Assembly: GCF_963853765.1 (NCBI RefSeq)
Contig: NC_088860.1
Location: 27,032,001 to 27,096,000 of the forward strand
Reading direction: 5' to 3'
Length of the DNA: 64,000 bases
Source: Magallana gigas
Taxonomy: Eukaryota
The notes under the pieces are model-generated. The model had not been told where the DNA came from, ran no database searches, and worked only from the letters and a program-made list of their open reading frames with translations. Below, piece by piece: positions 12,619 to 24,900 of this stretch. The position numbers and the translations under genes were made by a program. How positions within the stretch are numbered: position 1 is the first letter of the stretch; each line of letters opens with the position of its first letter.

Positions 12619-14001
12619 TTCCACTGCATTATTTGTATAAGGGATCAGATTTCAGAAATCAACTATATAAACAATCATTTATTATTGAATATCACTCAAT
12701 ACGATCCAAACTCCTGATTCTTTTTGAAGGTGTAATATCTGAGTAATGGGCATAACAACTAGCTTTGAGCAAGGATCCAAAATTTATGTCATTCACTGGC
12801 AAATTCTGGACCAAGATCATTAAAAAAAAACATCACCTATTACTGCATGGATTGTTTTAACGTAACTATTTTCTATATAGAACATGTATGAATGGGGAGA
12901 CATCATTAGTAAATGATTTTGAGTGGAGTGGTTGAATAATAGCTACTTTATTACTTTATTTTCCATGATATGAGCGAAATAGTCCATTGTATATATATAC
13001 ATGTACCATATAACAATTACCGATAAATACAGAAATTATTGCTGACCAATGCAATGAGTTGGTGAAGCTATTAGAATCAATATTCAGACAGTTTAACAAC
13101 AGTCGCAAACGTTACAAAGAAGGATCAAGTACTCAAAACACGCACATCGAACATCCGCAGACACACAAACCTGTCTGACCAGTTCCAAATGTAGATATAA
13201 TGTGTTTACACCATATATAGACGAATACTATACAAACAATGAGAAAACAGTGAATGGTTGAATATTACATATAAAATGTATCCATAGATAAATGTGAATG
13301 AAGGGATATGTGATTTACTTCTCATTAAATTATAATTAGTTGTAGTCCTGTTATAATAGACCAGTGCATTTTAAAATAACTATGAATGAAAGTGCAAAAT
13401 TTGAAAGAAAATAGGTTCTTTCTGATTTTAACCGATCCCGATATTTAAAACCTAGCCAAGGGCCAGTGAAAATTATTTAAAATGGAAAGATAAGACAGTT
13501 TTGCAATAATTCAAGGCTGCTTAAATAACAAGCTGAAGTTATATAAGCAGCTTTAGTTTTAAACAAATTATTATTCATAGTGCAAAGAAGATTGGGGGGG
13601 GGGGGGATATAGCGCAAATGCACATTAGGTTCAGTCGTAATATACAATTTCAAATTAAATTTTTCTAATTAAATCTATTTGATAATTTTATAAATATAGT
13701 ACAAGTTTGCAAAATTAAGCACAATTTCTAACTATATTCAGTTTTGAATATTTTAACAGGATAAGAAAAAAAATATTGTATTAGTGGTATCGAGCACACA
13801 TCCTAAAAAAGTCACTAAAAATTAGAACATAGTTCTAATCTATAGGGTTACATAATGTCGTGAATAAAATGCTTTAAGCGTCTTTCGTGCAGTTGTTGGA
13901 ATACATTAAAATGATATTTTAAATGTAAAGTGGGTCATCTCTCCACGTTTTTAATGATTTATTAAGACAATGACAAAAATATGAAGCATAGACCCACTAT
14001 C

Positions 14002-14039
14002 GGAGAAAACGTACCCTAGGAAGTGGGTACGTTTTCTCC
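14002..14039. repeat. Perfect 15-bp inverted repeat (GGAGAAAACGTACCC / GGGTACGTTTTCTCC), 8-nt spacer
   Basis: Direct reading; a further partial copy GGTACGTTTTCTCC follows at ~14058-14071. Probably a repeat-element remnant. Confidence 0.75.
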
Positions 14040-14373
14040 TAGATACATTTTCTCTTAGGTACGTTTTCTCCAGCATTCCACTATATAAGATATGACATTC
14101 AAGATTTTAAAAACGACACTATTTGGAGGTTTTTATACGCATACGTCAGTTTAATTAAACCAACATATTCCAAGTATTGAACATATTAATGGGCGGCGGA
14201 AAGGGTAAACAAGACGCTAATGCAAAACAAACAACTTATTTTTAAAAACACCACTGCTCATACATAATTAAGGGTTACAAATCGATGTTATGTTAAATTA
14301 AAAAATCATCAGATTGGAAATGCATCAATATCACACTTTTAATTATAGAATAGTATATCCTATGCATCTTCAC

Positions 14374-14443
14374 AAGTCCAGGGTTTCTGATCCGCACCGC
14401 TTCTCGTTTGTGAGAAGTGGTGCGGATCAGAAACCCTTGACTT
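14374..14443. repeat. 70-nt near-perfect hairpin (32-bp arms, 6-nt loop)
   Basis: AAGTCCAGGGTTTCTGATCCGCACCGCTTCTC-GTTTGT-GAGAAGTGGTGCGGATCAGAAACCCTTGACTT, with one mismatch and one G.T pair. Confidence 0.9.
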
Positions 14444-15599
14444 GGGAAGGGATTTTCAATACTAGGTTTTCCGGCACTCATGCGCATTGGCGTTACAAAT
14501 GGCAGATTATATTAATATTCATCAGACGTGTAGCAAAGTTTAGAGACAAATAGCTAAAGAAAGAACATGTTTTACGGGGTTAGAGTTTGTGAAACATCTA
14601 ATTATAAGAAACATAATGTATATTTTTACTTAAACTCATGTCAAAAATTTTACTCCAAATACGCCACATATACCTTTAAAAACCTTGATATGGATATTTA
14701 TACCTTACTTGTTATACATTCAAATATGTTAATTCGGAAGTTTTTTAAATAAGCATTTTTTATACATTGGACATTCATTTTAATTTTGCTTAATCTACCT
14801 CGATTACAAATGAATCGTTTCTTTGGTTTGTTTATTGTTTGTTTTTTAATTAATTTGTTTTTACATACAGTTTATAATTGTTTTGATTTTTAAGAAAATG
14901 CCCATTCACAGTGTCTAACCGGATTTCCCTTTTTCGACATGCCTGACTGAGTCTTCCAGTCAAATCGGCGTATCTTTTGAGTACATTCAGTACTTTGATT
15001 TTGTACACCAATGCAACATAAGTTTATCAAAACATCATTACTGTAAATGGCTACTATATGTTATCGCTCCCAAATTGTCTACTTTGATATATTATGATAT
15101 TTTATAATATGAACACTTTTTTTTTTGTTTATAATGTATTGTTGTGACTTTTATGCCATTTTTACGGTATTTACCCCGATCATTTAAACTGGTTCTTGGC
15201 TCTTATTTAATTCGAACTTCCTCTGTTAAATAAGCAGTAGACCTACTGTGTGACGATTGAAGCGCACGGGTTTGTCACAATAATTTTACGTATTTATTCA
15301 TTGGGCTATCAAATCCTTTCTTTAGTAAGTGTGGCCAGAACATTGTAATAGCCGTATTATTATGTCAAATTATAACTTTTATCACAGAGTACAGACTTTC
15401 AGGTTTGTAGATATAGATAACCATGGATAACGCAATATCTATAATTTCTTGGATATATGTAAGCATTAAATGTATATATAATAATATATATATCTTATAA
15501 TATTACATCTAAATTATATATTTCTTTATACCCCATTTTAATCCTACGAACAGTTGATCCATCATCAGTCTTGCAGTATAGACATCAATCATAATCAGA

Positions 15600-18500
15600 A
15601 TGGATGTACTAAGGCCCCAGATAATAAGGATAGGGGACCGCTGTTACAGGAAAAACCCCACACTGGACAGAGACTTCAACGCCCTAGAGGAGGAAGAGTA
15701 TGGTACGTACATGTCTATAACGTGCAGAGTGTAGATTCTTCGGAATGTAGATTATATATTTTTAGAAAATTTATAAACTGGAATGGCAAGTACACATACA
15801 TAGAGTTATACTGTATCTCTCTGCTTATTAAACAAATAGTTAACTGGTTAAGTAATTGTATGGTGAACTGTGTTCAGCTAACAGGTATATAATCCATTGA
15901 CAAGCTAATTAAACTGTTCACGTTCCTTGCGTAAACTGATGTTTAATTATACCTGAGCTACTAGTATTTATAACGGTACATTATCTTCTGATCTATGATT
16001 GTTGTATCTCTGAAAATAATTATCAGTAATTATTTCACATTATGGGTATCGTGCAAATTGTTTCATTGTCTGAAAATTTCATTAAAATTTAAGAGTTAAA
16101 ATTTAAATATTACTGTCAATTACTTCACAGGTTCAAACAATCTTTTACTTTGACTTTGAAATATTGAAAATTTGAAATTTTGTATACTGTCATAGATTAT
16201 AATTCGCGGAAAAAACATGACGCGGAAAAAAGGGGATATACATGGTATATGGTAAGACAGGTGCAGAAAGTGACAAAACCCCTTGTGAGATTTAAAGCAG
16301 TTTAATATATTCAAAATTGAAAAAAATTAAATTATTTATTCAGAAGAATCAACAATCCAGTGTGATAGCTGGAATGATGAAACGTGCGACACATTTAACA
16401 TCGAGGAGACAGATCGTGGATATCAGACTTCTGTCAATCTACCCAGTGCCTTCTTCAAACACATCATTGGCAGAAAGGGAGAGACGAAACGTCGGCTCGA
16501 GATCGAGACTAAAACACAGATCAGAATTCCCAGGGAGGGGGTAGAAGGCGAGATAGGTTAGTATACAGGTACATATAGATTATATAAGTCATATAATGTA
16601 CATGTATTGTCACTGAAATGGTGAGATAGATCTGAATGGCTATACATGATAGCTAGGCAACTACATGTACCATGTTTCATATTGTTGCTCCACAGAATAA
16701 AGTGTTCCAATAGCTTTTTGTTTATTTTTGTTTAGTTTTTTACCTGCAAAAAAAAAATCAATTTGAATGCTATTTATTTATTAGTTTTATGATATCTATA
16801 ATCAAAAATTGAGAAAAACTTTAAACATATGGTTCATGCTGGTATATATGTACTTATTTTTAGTTAATTTACAACTTTAAATGCTTTGAGCTATCTTTAA
16901 GAAATGTCTTGAAATACTGGTAAGAATGGCTGTAACATACTGGCAGTATGTTTTATTCAGTGATCACTGGACCGGAGAGGAAGGGCGTGGTCTCAGCTAA
17001 GACGAGGATCGACGTTATCGTGGACTCTGTACGACGGAAAGAGCCCTTCACCCACTTCCTGTCTCTCCCGGTGAACTCACAGCCAATCAGAGAGAGGTTC
17101 CTGGAGTTTCAGGAGGATGTCTTAAGGAAATGTGATAGTGTAAGATAGTAATCAAATACTGTGGTTTCAGCAGTATTGTTGGGTACTAACTAGTTTTCAT
17201 GGATTTAGAAAATTTTAGTTTTAAAGATGCATAAAGGACTATATATGGTATGGGCCTAAAATGGCCTCCTAAAAGGAATATCATTATTTTATTGTAATTC
17301 TTTGTTTTCTTTGTACAGATATATATGTGATGTTTTTACTTAATGTTCATTTTGATTCAAGTGCCCACAATTTAGAAATACGGCATTGTAAAGACAACCT
17401 TTTCCCGCCATTTTTACATTTTAGCATAAAAGAGCTCGTTTTCAAGCAGTTTTTCTTTCAGGAAACATAGAGCGCTTGCTTGAACCAACAAAATATTTTA
17501 ATCAGAGATGTATCTAGCCAAGTCTAATAAGTGACAACAAATTTGTCCTGGCTCAAGCATGGGCTTTATATTTCCCATTTGTAAAAAGATGAGAAAAATG
17601 TCAATTTTTGTCTGATTTTGATTGAATTATAGAAATAGCGTCACTTCTGACGTCATATACTGCAAGTGAGTGCAAATAAATCAAAAAAATATGTGAAAAA
17701 TATATTTTATATCAACTCTTCTAAATTATAACATAACATTTTATTGTACCCGAAACACTTTAAAAAATGGGAATTATGGGGGCCAAATTTAACTCTTATC
17801 ATATATAGTTCTTTGTGGGCAGTGGTCTTGTCAGTATAATATATTATCATATACTTCTTACTTCAATGGACATTTTATTTTATGGATCAATTGAACAAAA
17901 ATTAATGAAACCAAAGCAAGAAATTACATGAAAATGTTGCCATGTTGTTAATATTTTTTGATAAACTTTATATACATGTTTGTTTGTACCTGGAGTATTT
18001 AATAGTAACCAAATCAAACTTCATAATTATTTAAATGCATTATCAATATGCAGTATGTTCTTGTAGGATAGAGGTATAGATCCAACCATATTCCAGAAGC
18101 CTGAAAAACTACACCTAACCATTGGGACGTTAGCCCTCCTCAATAAACACGAAATACAACAGGCTCTGGATACACTGGAGGACTGTAAACAGAGTCTCAT
18201 TGAGTAAGTATATTCAATTAAGAAGTACTGCGGTAGAAAGAAATTAGAGATCTCTCAATTCCTGAACACATGCATGGGGCTAATGGTACGTACTGACAAT
18301 GATATGATTCATACACCATGTGTCAAACAATTATAAAACTTCAACCAGCACAGCATCATTTATAAGAAGACCTGTTGAAAGGAGAGAGGGAAATTGGAAT
18401 TTAAATTAAATTACCGGTACTATTCTTATAATTTGATCTGCAGACCCATCCTGAGGGGTGAACCTCTGACTGTGAGGGTGCAGGGGCTGGAATACATGAA

Positions 18501-19165
18501 CGATGATCCCAGCTCAGTGGACGTCTTGTACGCAAAGATTCAGGCAGGGGAGCAGGCAGAGAGGTCAGGCCCATTCTCAAAATTTCATTATATTCCATAT
18601 ATTATTTTCCACGGTTGTAAACTTATCAGCAACTTATTTTTTTATTTCTTAGGCTTCAAATACTTGCTGATCGATTAGTTGACCGATTTTCCACCACCGG
18701 TCTAATGCAGCAGGAATACAGTCGAGTCAAGCTACACCTCACTGTAATGAATACACTGATGAGGCGTGACCCGACCTCAATACCCGGAGAAAGGCCCCCC
18801 GAGGGAAAGCGTGGTTACAAAGAGAGAGAGTCTTTTGATGCTATGAATGTGATGAAGGCGAGTTTTAGAGAATGTCTTTAATAAAAAAAATTCAATACTC
18901 AAACCCAGGTTAAACACATTTATCTATGCCTTCCATCTTGACTTGTAAAGGTAGAGGTATAAAAATGTAAAGTCACATTTGGACATTACTCATAAATGAT
19001 TGGAAAAGTATAAGTTTTAAATCTGGTGTTTTTTTCGGCTTGTTGTAGAACTTTGGGCTCTATGATTTTGGGAACTACACAGTGAATTCCCTCCATCTTT
19101 CCCAGAGACATGGAGCAGGAAAAGATGGTTACTATGTATGTGCTGGATCAGTGTCGTTACCATGA
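15600..19165 (+). CDS. ASCC1: Activating signal cointegrator 1 complex subunit 1 (KH domain + 2H-phosphoesterase/AKAP7-like domain), complete, 7 coding exons, 357 aa
   Basis: Exons 15600-15702, 16344-16556, 16961-17139, 18067-18203, 18444-18563, 18653-18857 (GC donor), 19049-19165 (TGA). N-terminus MDVLRPQIIRIGDRCYRKNP closely matches recalled vertebrate MEVLRPQLIRIDGRNYRKNP. KH motif HIIGRKG; RKEPFTHFLS; two HxT motifs (KLHLTIG, KLHLTVMNT); LEYMNDDPSSVDVLYAK; LHLSQR. Confidence 0.95.
17235..17812. mobile_element. Degenerate TIR element in ASCC1 intron 3
   Basis: AGGACTATATATGGTATGGGCCTAAAATGGCCTCC at the left versus GGGGGCCAAATTTAACTCTTATCATATATAGTTCT at the right (imperfect inverted match). 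TSD is not clean. Confidence 0.55.
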
Positions 19166-20164
19166 CTACCAGAAACCATGTGACATATTGTTGTGATCAT
19201 TAACTCCATTTTAGTTAATAAGATTTTGTTAAATATATTTCTGGGTTGTTTTCTTTTTCATAGCTACAAGTATATATACAATGTAATTACATTTAAAGCT
19301 GACATGAATTCATAAATATGCATTATTTCCCTTTTATCTCCGACTACTGCCATATTAGTTGTCGATTTTTATTGTTCTGCTCATCGCTACACACCCCCTA
19401 TATAAGGCCGATAGCACTATTCATGCTTCATCGCATTCAGGTATTTCATGCACCCGAACACGTTACCTTGGACGAAAAGAAACGTAAAAACAAGTTTTGA
19501 ACAAAAATAATATGGCAACCACTGCACGGGCAAGGAATATGCAATAGACGACGAAACAAGACAGACTGAAATTCAGGCACAGATACTTCGATTTACAAAA
19601 AATCCTTGATAATTGAAGACCGTTTTCCTGTGCATGTTATAGCATCGCACCTGCGCAAACCACACACAGGCAGATCGAGCAATGTCAATGATCGCATGGA
19701 TTTTAGAAACGGAGCATTTTTGTACAAACCGATGAAAACGATGTTACGTTGTTACTTTCTTGGATTTACCATCATTTATTTACTGTGTTGGATGTAGTGC
19801 TTCAGGGGTTTTCAAAAAGATGCAAACGCTATACACTATGTATGAATGACACACGTGTTCGATGTGCATGCGAAGTAAGGCAGCACTTTCTTTTTTAAAA
19901 GAATAAATATATTTTGTATTTTATTTCTTGTTGTTTCCTATTATATTCTTCATTACATTTTACTGCAATGTGTAGTTTGCATTTAGAAGTCCATGGAACC
20001 TGAATGTCTCGATCGGAAAGCAACCGACTGTAACTTTCTTGCCCGGTATATATACCCCAGTGGTAGTAGAGGAGCTATCTAAACTAACATGGGCGACCAA
20101 TTGCTTTATGAGTTCATTTCAGCTTAAATAAACAAGAATAAATTGATTTTTTCTCAAAATAACA

Positions 20165-20170
20165 TTTATT
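20165..20170 (-). terminator. Candidate polyadenylation signal (AATAAA) of the IP3R-like gene, implying a ~1.75 kb 3'UTR
   Basis: TTTATT on the + strand, with a T-rich tract just downstream on the - strand. One of several possible sites. Confidence 0.35.
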
Positions 20171-21912
20171 AAAGGCACAATAACAAATTATCTATAACCA
20201 CTTGCAGGATTATTATAAAACAACTGCTTGAAACAAACGTCCACATCAAAAAAAGAAAAGGTGCACAAACTTCTGAATGATTATATATTGGCATCAAAGT
20301 TAAAAGGAATTTGTGCTGAAGCTTTTTTTCCACACTGAAAAAAGGGAAAGAGAGTGAGTTTTGAATTTAGTTTCAATAATTATGCAAATTTCCAAAACTT
20401 AATATTTAATTTTCCTGCAAGAACTTTTAAATTAGTACACTTTACTATTGATTGTCATCGAAACTTAGTTTGCCTTTGTTTGGTTAAGCATTATTACTAA
20501 TTTTCTCATCATGAATCATCTTCAATAAGCCTGTGTACATGTATATGTCCCAATGGTCTATTCCAAGAGACTACATGTTTTTGTTCAAGTAAAAAAAAAT
20601 AATGGCCTGTTATTTTCATTTTAAATAGTGCAGTAAAAACTTGCATGTCAAGTATATACTTAGCCTAATACTGCCGTCATGATTGTAAACAGTACCAAGA
20701 CATAAATTTATAATATCACAGTTTTCTGTGTATAAAAACCAATCTAAACCTAGGTTTAAAAGAAGAGAAATACAGTCGCATAATAATAATTCAACAAATA
20801 AATAATAACAAAAATGTATACAACTGGATTGACTATAAATATTACATTAAATCAATTTTTTTTCAAAAATATTAATAATAAAAAAGTAAATGTAGGTTAA
20901 TTTGGAAAACGACGCCCTAAAATAAAAACTTTTTTGCTATAAAGTGTTTTGGATTTCATTTAAACCAACACAAGAATCATAAAAGGGATTAATGTCTGCA
21001 AAATGAAATAAAATAGGATAAATAATTACAATTCAAATTTATCAAATACATGCATGTACATTGAATAAAATTATGTTGTGTAAACATGTAAAAGTTATAC
21101 AGGTACAAAACATTCTGTAAAATATACAAAGTGAACATTGCAATTGTAACGAGAAAGCCACGTACACACACTGGAGGCGTAGATTTTAGGTCATATATCA
21201 ACTGTCCAAATACTCAGACACAAATCGGGCATCCTCGTTAAAGGCATCAACAGAGTATTATCTTGTCATAAAATTACAGCATATCATATATTACATATCA
21301 TCATATAAAATGTGACAAAACAAACAATAAATAATTCAAACTTGCATCAAACGGTTATTACACGCCATCTTGTGGTTTACTGAAAAAAGAAACTTTGTTG
21401 TTCATTCATGCGAGGTTCGCTACAGTAAAATAGTATACTAGCTCATAATGGATTGTGTATATGGTCAATCCTAAATTGAAATCTCTAAAAGTTTGTCTCT
21501 CTTCTAAATAATACAAAGATCAGTAAAGTCTGCAGAAGTTTTTGTTGAATTTTGTTCAGAGATGACACACAATGTGCCGTATAAGACACCATGCAATCAC
21601 AGTACATTGTATTAGGTCACATTACGCTTTAATAAGACCCAGGCGTTTGCTGAATTACCGGTACCGGTATGTGGAAAAAAAAAATCTGAATAAAAACACA
21701 CACACACAAAACCCTTTAGAATATCACATTTGATGACCACTTAAGGTACAACAGTGTCGATGAAGATCTTTTCTGCAACTGCATGAAATCCTCTGGATAT
21801 TTAACGACAATCAGAAGTCATTTTAAAAAGTTCTTTCTGATTGGCTGATGAGCTCAGCTCTCTGTGATTGATCGACTGCTGTCCAATCACTACCATTCTG
21901 AGCACTGGTTGG

Positions 21913-24900
21913 TCATTCTTTCTGCCCTGATGCCTTTCTTGATTTGTGCTGGGCCTCCCAGGCGATCTGTTTCTGTCGCTCCTTCTCTCGTTCTCTTGCA
22001 GCTTCCTGTAAAAGAAAGAAATTTGAGATTCTTTATTCCCATAACTTATTCATGGTCGACAAATCATCTTAAAAATAATTACTTTTTTATAAAATGATTT
22101 ACATTGCACATAAAAATTTTCCAGAAACATTAAACCAAGCATCATAAATTTTACAACATTAAAAGCAGCATTTGGAGAAAAATACCCAAATCAAAATTAT
22201 TACAGCTTAATTAAGGTACTGCACAAATCTGGGAGAAATTAGATTGGATGATACACGTACCTCTTCCTTCATCTTGTTGACCATGTACTCAATGTTAACG
22301 CGGAGACTCTCAAGCTTTCTCTCCTTGGTGTTCTCTTCGTTGATCAGGCTCAAAGCTCGGTTCAGCGGGAAGAAATCATACACGTTGTGCTGCAGCTGGT
22401 TAAAGACGTGAAGCTCAAGAGCGCTGTAATCGTTGGGGCGTGTCTCATCCAGGTGGAGGAAGAAAAACAGGTAGGCCCATTGGTAATGCTCTGTTCTTAC
22501 ATGTTTCTCGAATCCCTTTATTTAAAGAATAAAAATCTTTTAACTATTTGAAAACTGTACATCAAGAATCTCTCTTGTCCATGTCTCCATTTTTTTTCCC
22601 TAAAATAATATCACAATCATTTGTTACATGCTCTCTATAATTACTCTTTCTTTTAAGTTATATTAAGTAAAATTTTTACTTACCCCTCCATGTCGCTCAA
22701 AATCGTAAGACTCTCTGCTACAAATGAAGCAGTTGTTCATCATGTCCTTATCAATCTCCCACTAAAACAAATGAAGGAGCATGTCATTTTCAGATGTATA
22801 AAAACTGCTTTCTAATTTAAGTAAAATGAGTATGCTTTTTATATTCCAAGTACAAATATGGAAACTTTAAAGCATTTTCTCTCATAAATGGCCTTCATAG
22901 ACTTCTGGTAATGCAACTTATTTCAAAATGTTATGGGTCTTCTTACTATATAGCAATAAAATACTTTTCAAAAGCCATACTATTGACATCACCATTTAGT
23001 TTTATCATGCTTTGTTAACTTGCATGAAATTTTGTTTGCATAATACCAGTTATGATAATTTTCCATAAGAATAGAAATGCACACTATAACCAAATAGACT
23101 GAATTGAAATTGGCTGTTAATAGTCCTTTATCTCAATGAGAGTTGTCCCTCTTCTGAGAGGGCTAATATTAATGCACCTTAAACTGCTGGGGTACATTAC
23201 CTTGGCATCTCTGAGCTGGGAGAACGTGTCCACAATGATACCAAAGATGATGTTCAAGCCGACTGTGGTGACCAGGATGAAGAAGGTCACATCAAAAATT
23301 GTCACGTAGATGGCCTTATCGAAGTCGTTGTCCATCAAGGCCTCAAACGTCTGCTCAATTAAATCAACACAATATAGTTACATACTGTCTAGTTGTATCA
23401 AAACGTCTGCTCAAGGCTAATCAACACCATGTATAAATGCATTTAAGGTGTAATGTATCAAATTCATCTCAATGTCCACTCCTTCAATTTAATTTCTTAA
23501 TAATTTCATGCTCTACTGATCGACCTATGACCAATTCTTGCCATGTATGATTTAATTCTCACCATCCAATGTTATACGAGGGTTGTTCGGAAATTATTGA
23601 GACAAATCGATTATTTTCTTTTCTAAGTGACGAATTTTGGTGAAAATTGGCATAGACACTGATGAAACACCAACAATTAATAAAACAAAGTAATATTAAA
23701 AGAATATTTAATATTTTTGTTTAGACAGTAGATAAACAAGTCGGTGGTCGGGGTACCCGGCGCAGCCATTAACTCGGAGATAACACAACTTAAATATCTA
23801 CTTTATAAGTGTCCGTAGAATTACAGTTTATGATAAAAGAAATCAAATTAAATATGTTCATTTTGCTATTCTTTGCGACTAACTGTTGATTAAGTTTCAC
23901 TGATGTTCGAGTTGAAATACGGATATGGTACACATATATTTACCAAACAATAAAAATCTGTCAACGACTTTACATTGAATTTTGACGTCAAGGCGGCGCA
24001 ACGAAAACCATTAAACTGGTGAAAATCTCAGAAGAAGACCTTTTAAAGCCAAGCAATTGCGTAAAAAAACTATACGATGACAAGACAAGGTATAGAACTT
24101 CAGTTCATCATTTTTTTCACTGATTGTTTAACTAGAATTAGGCCAAAGGGATTAATTAACAACTTTTGACACACTAACTGTTGTCAACAGTTCCAAAATA
24201 TGTAAAAAAAAAAAAATGACTGCAGGAGACATTCACAGTAATTAGACTTTCGGGTAAAAATAACTCGATTTTTTCTCTAAAAAAAACAAGAATGAGAGAA
24301 AATGTAAATGATGACATCTTGAAATTAAAACAAAAGAGGAGAAATAAAGAATAATTCTTATTTCAGTTCGTTCGTAAGGTGTTTAAAACACGGGAGCAAT
24401 AAGAAGCGTTAAAATGACGTTGCGAAAAGTTTGCGGTTGCGCCGGGTTACAGGACGAAGGCACGTTGGTCAGCTTACTAGGAATGATCTATTCATGCCAT
24501 GAACAAAAAACTTTTCACATTGATAAACTCTATCCTGATTTACGTTTTGGTGAAATTTCAAGAGTTTATCTTTTTCACTAAAAGAATAAGAGAAAATGTC
24601 TCAATAATTTCCGAACAACCCTCGTACATGTTAAATTGTGACGTTTCATTGCAACATTGAGAAATGGTACATTGTGGGAATTGGTCCAAGGCCAGCCCAG
24701 GTTTTTATTAGGATTTTTTGTTTTCAATACATGTACATGTACAATTATTCAGAATTGGACCTCTTCTCACAAAAATCTTGGAGAACTTCTTTGGATAATC
24801 TACAAAACGTACAGTGCAATTCTGCAAAATGTGAATTTCATCAGAAATACCGTACCGTGTAAGGCGAATCGACGAACCCGTGGTGGATCATGGTGATGAA

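Noticed and set aside
12427-12624. ORF with ERERE repeats
   Set aside because: It is a translation of the (GA)n microsatellite.
19318-20090. CpG-richer block and short ORFs between the ASCC1 and channel 3' ends
   Set aside because: No recognisable protein motif, RNA fold or clear termini; probably a decayed repeat.
23351-24855. Hidden exon that would restore GGGVGD
   Set aside because: The intron is mostly a mariner-like element, no such codons with splice sites were found by eye, and the residue spacing is already complete.
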